A stretch of DNA of 61,695 nucleotides, counting the filler. It is 8 parts of 8 records of this genome, joined end to end, with 100 filler letters (N's around TTAATTAATTAA, not from the genome) between each part and the next. Parts side by side here need not be neighbours in the genome. Positions count along the whole stretch, not along the records: positions 49,350 to 54,718 come from SRR31147125_24549; positions 54,819 to 61,695 come from SRR31147125_24554; 6 more parts are not named here. One strand, 5' to 3'. The notes under the pieces were generated by a model that was not told the origin of the DNA, ran no database searches, and saw only the letters and a list, made by a program, of their open reading frames with translations. Both the position numbers and the translations under genes were made by a program. Positions 50,088-60,397 of the stretch are shown piece after piece (the stretch's first letter is position 1; each line of letters opens with the position of its first letter).

Positions 50088-51266
50088 ATGACACAGATAC
50101 TATCGCCGGGACAGATCCTACGGGACACCTATGAAGTGGAACGCCTCCTGGGAGAAGGGGCCTTTGCCGAGGTTTACCGCGTAAAGCACCGCTTTATGGG
50201 GCGCCAGGCACTGAAGGTGTTTAAGATGTCCGGTGCCACAATGGAGGACATCGAACGCGATATTGCCGAAGCTCAACTCCTTTCCAGTATCAAGCATCCC
50301 AACATTATAGAGGTCTATGATGCCAATGTTTTTTGGGCCGATAAAGGACAGTACGCCTACTTTACCATGACTTACGTCCCCGGTGGGACTCTGGACCGGT
50401 ATTGGCGTTCATTTGATCGTGACCTGATGCCTGTTGAGCAGGTTGTGGAAATCGTTAAGCAGGTTTGCAGGGGCTTGGCTGTGGCGCATGCGTGTTCTCC
50501 TCCCATTGTGCATCGAGATATCAAGCCTCAGAACATTCTGGTGGGCTTCAGTGGCGATGGGCTCCATGTTCGCCTCAGTGATTTTGGCTTGGCCAAAGCC
50601 GTAAATTCCCTGACATTGCTGGCCAGCGCCAAAGGAACCTTGGGGTTCAAGCCGCCTGAATCCCTGGAAAATGTTGACTCCTGTGCCGCGGATATCTGGG
50701 CCGTCGGGACGATGTTTTATCTTCTGCTCACTGATGGAATGCCGTTTCCCATGCTTGATGACCGGGATATTGAGGATGCCACCCGTTTTCTGCGTCCGAT
50801 TAGGCCCCCCAGTCTCTACAATGTCAATGTCGACACCGGCTTGGAGTCGGTGATCTATCGGTGTCTGGCGGCATCCCCGCAGGATCGTTATGCCAATGCC
50901 TCTGAACTTCTGCATGACCTGGACAAATGGAAGCCCGATTACAAGTCGGGTTTGGCCTCGGTCAGTCAAATCCCTCCGGGAGAAAAATCCGCCATCAGTG
51001 CGCGTTCCGAGCATGACCTGAAAGATGAGGCCAGGAGCGCCTTAAAAGAGGCGATGAATATCGCCCGCGATCCCACAATGCTGATGTCCGCGGCGGACCT
51101 CCTGGAAGAAGCGATTAGCAAAGACCCAGCATTGCAGGACCGCTATGAATCGCAGCTGCAGCTTTGGCGCAAGGGTATTATGCATGTCTCAACCGCGGAT
51201 TTAATGCGTTTTACCAAGAAAGCCCACCTTGAGAATGAGAAACCTGATGAAGGAAAAAGCGAATAA
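50088..51266 (+). CDS. Cytoplasmic Hanks-type Ser/Thr protein kinase with TPR-like C-terminus
   Basis: LGEGAFAEV, ALK, HRDIKPQN, DFG, PPE and DIWAVG; no TM segment. Confidence 0.92.
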   Translation: MTQILSPGQILRDTYEVERLLGEGAFAEVYRVKHRFMGRQALKVFKMSGATMEDIERDIAEAQLLSSIKHPNIIEVYDANVFWADKGQYAYFTMTYVPGGTLDRYWRSFDRDLMPVEQVVEIVKQVCRGLAVAHACSPPIVHRDIKPQNILVGFSGDGLHVRLSDFGLAKAVNSLTLLASAKGTLGFKPPESLENVDSCAADIWAVGTMFYLLLTDGMPFPMLDDRDIEDATRFLRPIRPPSLYNVNVDTGLESVIYRCLAASPQDRYANASELLHDLDKWKPDYKSGLASVSQIPPGEKSAISARSEHDLKDEARSALKEAMNIARDPTMLMSAADLLEEAISKDPALQDRYESQLQLWRKGIMHVSTADLMRFTKKAHLENEKPDEGKSE

Positions 51267-51356
51267 AAAGATAAGCTCAGCGCAACATTCGCTGTCGAGT
51301 GCAGTAGTAAGTGATGAGATGGCAAAAAAACGGATCGGAAAAGGTGAAGTGAAGCT

Positions 51357-54300
51357 ATGAGCGAAGAGAACCTGAACAGGTGGAAACAAAGCGGCGAGGC
51401 GGAAAAATGGGTTAACGACCATGCTGACGGCTGGAACCATGATGATTGGCTTGGTTTGTTGGCTTCCCTGAAGGAAACGGATTACTGGCCGTTGGAAGAA
51501 GTCGCTATCAGGGAGGTAATCGAATCCATTCCCAAAAATCTCAAATGCGTCGAAGATAGCTGTCAGGGTCGAGGTGCCATGGAGTGTGAGGAGCTGTTAT
51601 CCCTGGCATCGGCACAACTCTATCGACGGAATCTCTTCCGTATTCTGGGCCTGTCGGTTACGGCAACCGCCGCCGATGTTAGGCGCCAACAAAAGCGTCA
51701 ACAGATGCAACGCAAATTGGGAATCAGCTCCGATCAGGGCAATGGGCATCTGCTCGCCGTTAATCCACCTCCGGTTGATGATGAGATCCATGCTGCGATG
51801 GATCGTATGAACGAGCCTCAGGCCCGACTTCTGGACGAAGTTTTCTGGTTCTGGCCGCACCCTGAAAGTGGCTTTCAGGATCCGGTGTTGAAAGCGCTTG
51901 AACAGGGGCAGATCGATCAAGCCGGATCGCTTTTGGAAAAACAATCGCAAGAAGACCAGTTGGCTAGCCATAATCTGGCGGTTCTGGAACACTTGCAGGT
52001 CCTGGATGAAGAGATAAAGCTCAAGGATGGCGAAGCGGAAAAGGGGCTTGAGGAATCATTGGACAAACGCTGGTCCAGGCTGTTCAACCACTGGAAAAGG
52101 GTATGCAGTGGTGAGGAGTTCTGGGCTCTGGTGAAGGGCCGTGTAAGGGATCTGGATGATGTCCGGTTAACCACGGGGCTGGTGCGGCGAATAAAAAGAC
52201 CTTGCCCAAGGCCCTGTTGTTGATCAATGCCAGGATGGCTTGCGATGCCGCTGCCAAAGGTGATTCATCTGAGGTTCAACGCTATCTGGACCAAATGCGG
52301 AACGGACCCTGGGGTAGTGAAGTGGTTGATGAGGCCCTGCTGGAGGCTGTCAGGCCGACACGCGACCACATCAAGGCAATGATCGATCATGCTAAGAGCC
52401 GCTGGACTCATGACCCCGTTCATGGGAATCGGTATGTTCGCGAGTTACATGGTCAGGCCACATCGCAGCTGGCGGTATTGGATCATATGTTAACCGATGG
52501 TCACTCCGTCCGTATCGGTTTGCATGAGATGGTCGCTGATGCCATGCTCATAGGTCAGATCACCTTCGGGAACAAGACCAACGATTGGCCCGAGTCTATC
52601 GAACTGATGGACCTGGCATTGGGGTTGGAGATCGGAGAATCGGTTCGCTCTGATCTTGAGGACAACAAAAAAGTCCTCGAAGAGAACGAAGAGAATGCCA
52701 ATGACTGGTGCAGTCCGGGGTATTGGGATTTGCCGGCAGAAATTATCCAGCAGCTGGAGTCTATTCGCGAGACCGCCGGGGGAGGCGATTTTGATAGTGC
52801 AATAAAGTCGTTGGTGGTTCTCGATGCCACCATCGGGCCGCCTTTGAAACGATGTCTGGCCCATTGTCTCAGTATCAAAGGAATTCGGTTATTTAATGAA
52901 TCTTTGAGTGAATACGATACCGAGACTGCTGTGTTAAAGACGATAATGGATAAGCTCCGCTATATGAGTGAAACCGATCTGCACATGGCATTATTGCGGC
53001 GGCCGACTCCTGAAACCCCCGACTATATGATGCCCGCCTGCTTATCCTGCGGAAATACCTACTACACCAGTTGGGTTAATTTCACATTCAAAGATATCCA
53101 GCTCTTCATGTGCAGCTCATGCTCATCCAAGCATGATCGACAAATTGAGCAGCAAAAGAGCAAATTGAGAAGAAGTATTAGTTCGGCACTCGAGTACTTG
53201 CTTTTGGCCCGGGAGGTCGATCCTCATGATCCGGGTATCAAAAGAAACCTCAAGGTCGTTAAAGAAACGGCAAGGGAATTTAATTGCTCCATTCCCAAGA
53301 CCAGAGATCTCAAGGAAAGATTGGGTGCGGAGAAATATCGCGAATATCGGCTGAAAATCGAAGCTGTTCCGGAAGATCAGGTCTGCTTTTTCTGCCGTGA
53401 AAAACCGGCTGACCCAGGCTGTCAGTTGGAAGTCCCCATGTGTGGAGATAAGAAGCCGGTGGATCTGATATTTCAACAGGGGTGGGAATATCATTATGCC
53501 GATATGATTGTGCCACGTTGCGAAACCTGCTGCGAGGAGCATCGGCAATATCCTGAACGCGTCCAACAGTGGGAACAGACTCGTCTGGAGGCAGCTGACG
53601 ATCATCTGTTTCCTGAATTGCTTGCGCAGATATCAGCGGCTCAAAATGAGCACACGGAAAGGCAAAGTCTTGTCAGAAAACTGCAGGAAAAGCTTTCATC
53701 GGCAAAAGCGGCCGTCGAATCCATTTCGGAATGCGAGAAATGCGGCGCCAAAAAAATGTGGAAAGGACTTGTCTGTCGGCAATGCCATGCCAAGGCTTTT
53801 TATCCCACATATTATAAAAGAGCCCTTGCCGTGGCCGTCATCTGTTTTGTGTATGCCGATATCTTATTATGGAATTCGGCGATTCTGGACATCGTAGATA
53901 TTGACCCGACCAACTTGCGCACCATTTTGGCAGGTTTTCCTGCCGGCGCACTTTATTTTACGCTGAAATGGCCGCAATGGCGGCGGCGGCGAAAAATATT
54001 GGTTCTGGAAAACGAGGCCCGAGACAAGCGCAAGGAAGAGAAGGCGGCAGAAGTGGAAGAGGAAATTGAAAGCGCCTCTCGAGTTGAACAGACGGCCGCA
54101 AATGTCGTACGGGAAGCGCGGCAGAAACTCCAGCATGCCAAGCAAAAGGCGTTTGTTGAATTTGAGCGGCGCAATGCTCAACCATCATTGTCCGGGAATA
54201 TTCGGCCTGAGGGAGATTACACGCAATTTTGTCGGATTCGTGAATTTCAGGAAAAGGGCTGGAAGTTTGGGCGTACTCCCGACGAGGGAAAGGACAGCCC

Positions 54301-54520
54301 TGTTGAGGTCAGAGGGCTTGCCGAAAGATTAGTATCACCCGGACAAGCCGAACCCGGAGAAGCCGGCCACTTCCCAAGCAAGGGAAGAAAGCGGATCCTT
54401 GAATTGGTGCGCCAGGCAGGTGGGAATACGGTTATCGAATGTCCCGTCTGTAAAACGGCCATAAAAGCTAAAAATCTTGTGCGGCATTATGACAAATTGC
54501 ATAAAGGCGTTGAAGTATAA
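51357..54520 (+). CDS. Large J-like/TPR-like, multi-zinc-finger membrane protein, split by a frameshift near 52195
   Basis: One extra A joins the 288-aa and 772-aa ORFs (RRIKKTLPKALLLINA); NLFRILGLSVTAT J-like helix; several CxxC pairs; two TM helices; terminal CPVC-x11-H-x4-H. Confidence 0.7.
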
Positions 54521-54818
54521 GCCGAGCGTCTAAGCGATTCCCGCATTTTTCCAGAGCTTTACAACGCTGGGCCAAGGGGCGGGCATTGAACATCGACTGC
54601 CGGATTTTTCAGGATAAAAAGGAAAATGCTGACTATGAAGAAGCAAAAACGAAAGACGGTTAAGCGATCGAAAAAGAGTTCTAAAGATGAACCTGTTAAG
54701 CCTGCTTTAGGTGCGAGCNNNNNNNNNNNNNNNNNNNNNNNNNNNNNNNNNNNNNNNNNNNNTTAATTAATTAANNNNNNNNNNNNNNNNNNNNNNNNNN
54801 NNNNNNNNNNNNNNNNNN

Positions 54819-55443
54819 AAAAAAATGGTTCTTTGCTATCTTCTGCTTTATTTAGATAGTCAATGGCCCAATCGCTGAAAATATCAGTGGCATGGCCTTC
54901 CGGTTCAACAACTTCGTTATTCAGTCGCATGTAATTATTGCCGTGCCGAAGATGCGTCCAGTAATCGTCCATCATGTCGCCTAAAAAACCATGAAAGAAA
55001 TCGAAACCGCGTTCGTTTGGAGTATTGGGTGATTGCAGACCAAGATGCCATTTGCCAATAATTGCGGTTTCATAACCTGCCTTTTTCAGCATCGTTGGAA
55101 GTGTAACTGCATTTGGTTTTAAAAATCCCCAGCTATTGGTTTCGTTGGTTCGAATAACTCCCGGAACTCCAACCATATCGGGATAACATCCTGATAGCAA
55201 GCTGGCTCGCGTAGGAGAACAAACGGTGCAGTTGGCATAAAACTGTTTAAATTTAATGCCCTTCTCAAAAAGTTTATCAATGTTTGGTGTTTGAATATCG
55301 GTACCTCCCTGGCACGATAAATCGCTGTAACCCAGATCGTCAACAAGAATGATAATAATGTTTGGTTGATCTTTATTCGAAGCATTAGAAATGTATACAG
55401 ATAAAAATAGAAGTAATACAATGCTTAAAAATTTGTTGGTCAT
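54819..55443 (-). CDS. Sulfatase (formylglycine-dependent), truncated
   Basis: PNIIIILVDDLGY, CSPTRASLLSG and GKWHLG. Confidence 0.92.
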
Positions 55444-55602
55444 GGCTTACTTGGTTTTATGATGCTGTATAAATTTATGTAATTTTTGTTTGCTATTGAA
55501 CAATATCGATAAAAAGAATCAAATTTTAAATTTCTTTATCATTTGAAACAATGAATGTGCCGGGCAACACGAAAATTAAATTGTTGAATCATTCGAAAAT
55601 TG

Positions 55603-55617
55603 TACATTTGTAATACA
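55603..55617 (+). promoter_or_regulatory. Bacteroidota -7 promoter box with TGTAATACA operator-like motif
   Basis: TACATTTG overlapping TGTAATACA; the same pair recurs at 57919-57940. Confidence 0.5.
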
Positions 55618-55665
55618 TAGCACAAGTTGTTGAAATAGAACTAAATCAAACCAGAATTAATTGAG

Positions 55666-56391
55666 ATGGATGAAATATTCAGTAAAATAGGAAGTAAACT
55701 TACTTTAAGCCAGAAAATAGAGCGCCGGTTGGAAGCTGCAATACGCGAAAAAAAATTACCGGTTGGTTCAAGACTTCCTACCGAAAGAGAATTATGTGAA
55801 TCGTTTGGTGTTAGCCGGACCGCTTTGCGAGAAGCCCTGCGTCGTTTAAGTGCACGAGGCCTAATTGAAATTACAAAGGGAAGTGGTATGACGGTTACCG
55901 GGCTGAAAATAGACGATGCCATCGAAAATCTGAATTTGTATTACGACATGCAATTCGACCATAACCTGATTGCTCAGATTATAGAAGTGCGTCGTTTATT
56001 CGAGCCTGAAATTGCCAGTTTAGCAGCTAAGCAACGCACACAAAACGATTTGTCTGACATCCAGGATAATATCGAACTTTTCAAAGCATGTAATCCCGAT
56101 AATATTCAACAGGAGGCAGATTTGGATAATAAGTTTCATTTGTTAATTGCTAAGGCTGCGCATAATCCGATTGTCCAGATTTCAATGGAGCCAATTTATT
56201 CGCTGCTACCACGAATGCGAAACCTTATTTATGCCAATGTTGAAGGCGAAAAGGATGTAACATTGGAATATCATCTTAAAATTTTTGATGCAATAAATAA
56301 ACAGAACCGCGAGGAAGCTGCTGAACTGATGAAAGTTCACCTGCATCGTACCATGGAAATTTATCAGAAATATTTGCATAATTCTTATTAG
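55666..56391 (+). CDS. GntR/FadR-family transcriptional regulator
   Basis: RLPTERELCESFGVSRTALREAL; FCD domain D.KFH..IA.AAHN and H.KIFDAI. Confidence 0.92.
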   Translation: MDEIFSKIGSKLTLSQKIERRLEAAIREKKLPVGSRLPTERELCESFGVSRTALREALRRLSARGLIEITKGSGMTVTGLKIDDAIENLNLYYDMQFDHNLIAQIIEVRRLFEPEIASLAAKQRTQNDLSDIQDNIELFKACNPDNIQQEADLDNKFHLLIAKAAHNPIVQISMEPIYSLLPRMRNLIYANVEGEKDVTLEYHLKIFDAINKQNREEAAELMKVHLHRTMEIYQKYLHNSY

Positions 56392-56398
56392 AAAATAC

Positions 56399-57820
56399 AT
56401 GAGGTTTTTTAAGAGTCTTATTGTAATTGTATGTACAGTTTTATTTGTCGGTTGCCAAAACTCGTCAGTAATCGAATTCGATTTCAATAAGTACTTACAA
56501 GAGGGAAGGTTTTCAGAAGCAGAATATATTCTGAAATTAGAAATAGAAAAGGACAAAAATAATGCGGAGCTTATTGTTCAACTGGAAAACGTTACCCGCC
56601 TTCGAAAAGAATTTCCTTATACCCGCGAAGATGTAAAAGAGCAATTCAAGAAATATTATCCTGAAATTAGTGATGAACAGCTCGACAGTTGGGAAAACGC
56701 AAAACAACTGGAAATGCTTATTATTGATGGTGATAAACGCTATTTTTCGCGTTCGATAAGCAATTTTTTCAGGTTGAATGCAGAGGCAAAAAAACTGAAA
56801 GAATCCATTGACGGGGCAACATACAGTGGCGTGAAAGATTTTCAGCAAACAGTAATTCCAACCTGGTTCGAAAGTGGAGTTGAGCCTGTTCAACCGTTCT
56901 GTCCGAAAAAAATAAAAGTAAATTATACCATCCGTTTAAAAGCTAATCAGGTTCCGCCCGGAGAAATGGTTCGTTGTTGGTTGCCGTATCCCAGAACCGG
57001 TTCGGCACGATTACCGGAAGTTGAGTTTTTAAGTGCCAGTCAGGATGATTATGTGATAGCACCCAACGAAACTATGCAACGAACGGTTTACATGGAAAAA
57101 CCAGCCGAAGCCGATAAGGAAACGGTTTTTAATATTTCGTACATATTTTATACGGCAGCACAGTGGTTTAATGTAAAACCGGAGCAGGCCAAAGCTTACG
57201 ATAAATCATCGGAATTGTATAAAAAGTACACAGCCGGGCGCTTGCCGCACATTGTTTTTAGCGATGAAATTAGAGCTCTTGCAAACAAAATTGTGGGTAA
57301 CGAAACGAATCCTGTTAAACAGGTTGAGCTATTATATTATTGGATAAACGATAATATTCCATGGGCTGGTGCACTCGAATATTCGGTTATGCCGTGTATT
57401 CCTTGTTACGTTTTGGAAAATATGCATGGCGATTGCGGAATGCAAACCTTTTTGTTTTTGAGTATGGCACGCAGCCTTGGAATTCCTTGTAAATGGCAAA
57501 GTGGCTGGTATTTATTGCCGCAAACCAAAAACCTGCACGATTGGGCCGAAGTATATTACGAAGGTATTGGCTGGGTGCCCGTTGATCCTTCTTTCAATTT
57601 AATTGATTCAGCCGATAAACGAGTGAAGGAATTTTATTTGAATGGCTTGGATAATGGGCGTTTGGTTGTAAACGACGATTATGCGCAGGAACTTTATCCA
57701 CCCAAAAAACATTACCGCAGCGAACCTTTAGACTTTCAACGTGGCGAGTTGGAATGGGAGAATGGAAATCTTTATTTCGACACCTGGTCGTATAAAATGG
57801 AGATGGAGTATTTGAATTAA
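56399..57820 (+). CDS. Transglutaminase-like lipoprotein
   Basis: Lipobox FVGC; GDCG, HDWAEVY and WVPVDP Cys-His-Asp triad. Confidence 0.85.
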   Translation: MRFFKSLIVIVCTVLFVGCQNSSVIEFDFNKYLQEGRFSEAEYILKLEIEKDKNNAELIVQLENVTRLRKEFPYTREDVKEQFKKYYPEISDEQLDSWENAKQLEMLIIDGDKRYFSRSISNFFRLNAEAKKLKESIDGATYSGVKDFQQTVIPTWFESGVEPVQPFCPKKIKVNYTIRLKANQVPPGEMVRCWLPYPRTGSARLPEVEFLSASQDDYVIAPNETMQRTVYMEKPAEADKETVFNISYIFYTAAQWFNVKPEQAKAYDKSSELYKKYTAGRLPHIVFSDEIRALANKIVGNETNPVKQVELLYYWINDNIPWAGALEYSVMPCIPCYVLENMHGDCGMQTFLFLSMARSLGIPCKWQSGWYLLPQTKNLHDWAEVYYEGIGWVPVDPSFNLIDSADKRVKEFYLNGLDNGRLVVNDDYAQELYPPKKHYRSEPLDFQRGELEWENGNLYFDTWSYKMEMEYLN

Positions 57821-57829
57821 CTTGCCCTG

Positions 57830-57910
57830 ATTGTCATTTCGACGACGGAGGAGGAGAAATCTTTTTCAATGTAACGGATTTCTCATTGATTCTCCTTTCG
57901 AAATGACAAT
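57830..57910. repeat. REP-like palindromic element
   Basis: ATTGTCATTTCGA...TCGAAATGACAAT 13-bp inverted repeat with inner GAGAAATC/GATTTCTC stem. Confidence 0.7.
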
Positions 57911-58043
57911 AATATTTATAAATTTGTAAGATGTAATACAAATTGTGTTCGTATGAAACGAGCATGAAAAACTTTTATCATACAGGAGGATGGCTAAAAG
58001 CGAGTTCCATGAGTTGCCATTGAAAATAAACAATCTTAAACGA

Positions 58044-59228
58044 ATGAAACAATCAATCAATTACCTTTTAATAATTCTATTATTTATGACTGCTTGTAAT
58101 CAGCAAAATCATGAGAGTATTGAGGAACTGGTTTCCGAAATTCAGCAAAAGAATATTGCCGATAAACGATTGGAATATTTTGATGTAGAAGCAAAAAACG
58201 ATGCAGGAAAAGCTTGTCTTACAGGAACCACTGCTTCCGCAAAAGCTTTCGCAGAACTACAATCTTTAGCAAACGAAAAATCATTCACTTTTAACGTGGA
58301 GCTGTTGCCATCAGCCGAATTTAAAGAAAATCCATGGGCAGTTGTTACGCTTTCGGTTTGTAATATTCGCGGCAAAAGTAGCCATTCGGCAGAGTTGGTT
58401 ACTCAGGCGGTAATGGGCACTCCGGTAAAAGTTTATGAAAAAGACGACGATTTTTACCTTATCCAAACTCCCGACCGTTATTTTGGCTGGGTTGATGCAG
58501 CAGGAATTGCATTAAAAACCAACACTGAAATGGCTGATTGGAAGGCATTTGATAAAGTGTTGTATAAAAAACAAAATGGTTTTGCTTATGCTAAAGCCGA
58601 TGAAAACAGCGAGATTGAATTTGACTTGGTTTTGGCAGATTTGTTGAGTATATCGGGTGAACAGCAAGGGTTTTACAAAACAGTTTTGGCCGATGGTCGC
58701 GAAGGATTTGTAAGGAAAGATGAATGCATATCGCTGGATATTTGGAAAAAGAAAAGTGTAACTGCCGATGATGTTTTGGAGACGGCTTCTAAATTTAAAG
58801 GTGTACCGTATTTATGGGGTGGCACATCGGCAAAACTGGTTGATTGCAGTGGATTTGTAAAATCGGCGTATTATTTACACGGAATGATTTTACAACGCGA
58901 CGCTTCGCAACAAACGTTTTACGGCGAGTTAGTTGATACCGAAAATGGCTACGACAAATTACAAGCCGGCGATCTGGTCTTCTTCGGAAAAAAGGCTACT
59001 GAAAATACAAAGGAAAGAGTTACTCATGTTGGATTGTGTATAGGCGACCAGGAGTTTATACATGCTTCTGGAAAAGTTCGGATTAACAGTCTCAATCGCA
59101 AAAGCCCAAAATATACAGAACATTACGAAAAAGGATTTGTAAGGGCGCGAACAGTTATTGGGAATGTTGATGGCAAAGGTATTGAATGGGTAGTTGACAA
59201 CAAGTTTTATAAAGAAATTTTACCGTAA
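58044..59228 (+). CDS. SH3b plus NlpC/P60 gamma-D-glutamyl peptidase (YkfC-like) lipoprotein
   Basis: Lipobox MTAC; ELVTQAVMG; PYLWGGTS..VDCSG, RDASQQ, THVG and FIHAS. Confidence 0.88.
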   Translation: MKQSINYLLIILLFMTACNQQNHESIEELVSEIQQKNIADKRLEYFDVEAKNDAGKACLTGTTASAKAFAELQSLANEKSFTFNVELLPSAEFKENPWAVVTLSVCNIRGKSSHSAELVTQAVMGTPVKVYEKDDDFYLIQTPDRYFGWVDAAGIALKTNTEMADWKAFDKVLYKKQNGFAYAKADENSEIEFDLVLADLLSISGEQQGFYKTVLADGREGFVRKDECISLDIWKKKSVTADDVLETASKFKGVPYLWGGTSAKLVDCSGFVKSAYYLHGMILQRDASQQTFYGELVDTENGYDKLQAGDLVFFGKKATENTKERVTHVGLCIGDQEFIHASGKVRINSLNRKSPKYTEHYEKGFVRARTVIGNVDGKGIEWVVDNKFYKEILP

Positions 59229-60355
59229 TGACAATTGAAAGACGCAACTTTTTAAAGAGCCTCGGAGCTGTTTCCGGTGGAGTATTATTAGCAAATTCAG
59301 GCATGGCAAATCATAAATATTCAATCTCAAAAAATGCAAAAATGAAACTTAGTTTTCGACCATACGAGCTTCAGTTAAAACATGCTTTTACGCTGGCAAC
59401 CAGTTCGCGAACCACAACGCCGGTAATGTTGGTAGAGTTGGAATACGATGGTTTGGTTGGTTACGGAGAAGCTTCGATGCCTCCGTATTTGGGAGAGTCG
59501 CACGAAACCGTGGCAAAGTTCCTGAAAAAGGTGGATTTGTCGGCGTTTAACGATCCTTTCAGAATGGACGAAATTCTGGAATATATCGACAGTATTGAGA
59601 CGGGAAATCGTGCTGCAAAAGCTTGTGTTGATATTGCTTTACACGATTTGGTGGGGAAAATTATGAACCAGCCGTGGTACAAAATATGGGGACTGAATCC
59701 GGAGGATACGCCGGTTACTTCGTTCACTATTGGTATTGATACTCCGGAAATGATTGTGACAAAGACAAAAGAGGCAGCCGAGTTTAAAATCCTGAAAGTA
59801 AAAATGGGCCGCGACAACGATAAGGAATTGGTGGAAACCATCCGTTCGGTTACCGACGTGCCGTTATGTGTTGATGTAAATCAGGGCTGGAAAGATAAAC
59901 ACCAGGCACTTGATATGATTCACTGGCTGAAAGAAAAGGGGATTGTTTTTGTGGAGCAGCCCATGCCAAAAGAGCAAATGGATGACATGGCTTGGTTAAC
60001 ATCAAATAGCCCGCTGCCAACCGTTGCCGACGAGGCTTTTCAGCGTATTCACGATATTCCGAAGTTTAAAGATGTGTACTCGGGCATAAACATAAAACTG
60101 ATGAAAAGTACCGGTATGCGCGAGGCAAAGAAAATGGTTGATGTGGCCCGCGCTCTTGATATGAAAGTGATGATTGGCTGTATGACAGAAACGTCGTGTG
60201 CTGTTTCGGCAGCAGCACAACTTTCGCCGTTGGTTGATTGGGCCGATTTAGATGGCAACCTGTTAATTTCAAACGATATTTACGAAGGCATGACAGTAAT
60301 TGACGGAAAGGTTACTTTGAATGAATTGCCTGGTATTGGTATTCGGAAGATTTGA
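59228..60355 (+). CDS. L-Ala-D/L-Glu dipeptide epimerase (enolase superfamily) with Tat-like signal
   Basis: ERRNFLK; LKVKMG, DVNQGW, EQP, ADE, NIKLMK, GCMTE and DLDG. Confidence 0.9.
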   Translation: MTIERRNFLKSLGAVSGGVLLANSGMANHKYSISKNAKMKLSFRPYELQLKHAFTLATSSRTTTPVMLVELEYDGLVGYGEASMPPYLGESHETVAKFLKKVDLSAFNDPFRMDEILEYIDSIETGNRAAKACVDIALHDLVGKIMNQPWYKIWGLNPEDTPVTSFTIGIDTPEMIVTKTKEAAEFKILKVKMGRDNDKELVETIRSVTDVPLCVDVNQGWKDKHQALDMIHWLKEKGIVFVEQPMPKEQMDDMAWLTSNSPLPTVADEAFQRIHDIPKFKDVYSGINIKLMKSTGMREAKKMVDVARALDMKVMIGCMTETSCAVSAAAQLSPLVDWADLDGNLLISNDIYEGMTVIDGKVTLNELPGIGIRKI

Positions 60356-60397
60356 TTATCAGTGCAAATCAGCAAAATCTGTGTCATCTGCGTTTCA

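Noticed and set aside
47958-51266. HipA-like kinase and Ser/Thr kinase as one kinase-rich defence island
   Set aside because: They are on different contigs separated by the spacer at 49250-49349 and differ in base composition.
410-54520. Widespread pseudogenisation or phase variation (frameshifts near 731, 19513, 26675, 28040, 29160, 37700, 49955 and 52195)
   Set aside because: Mostly single-base indels in short homopolymers across unrelated contigs, the pattern of sequencing error; reads are needed before calling any of them real.
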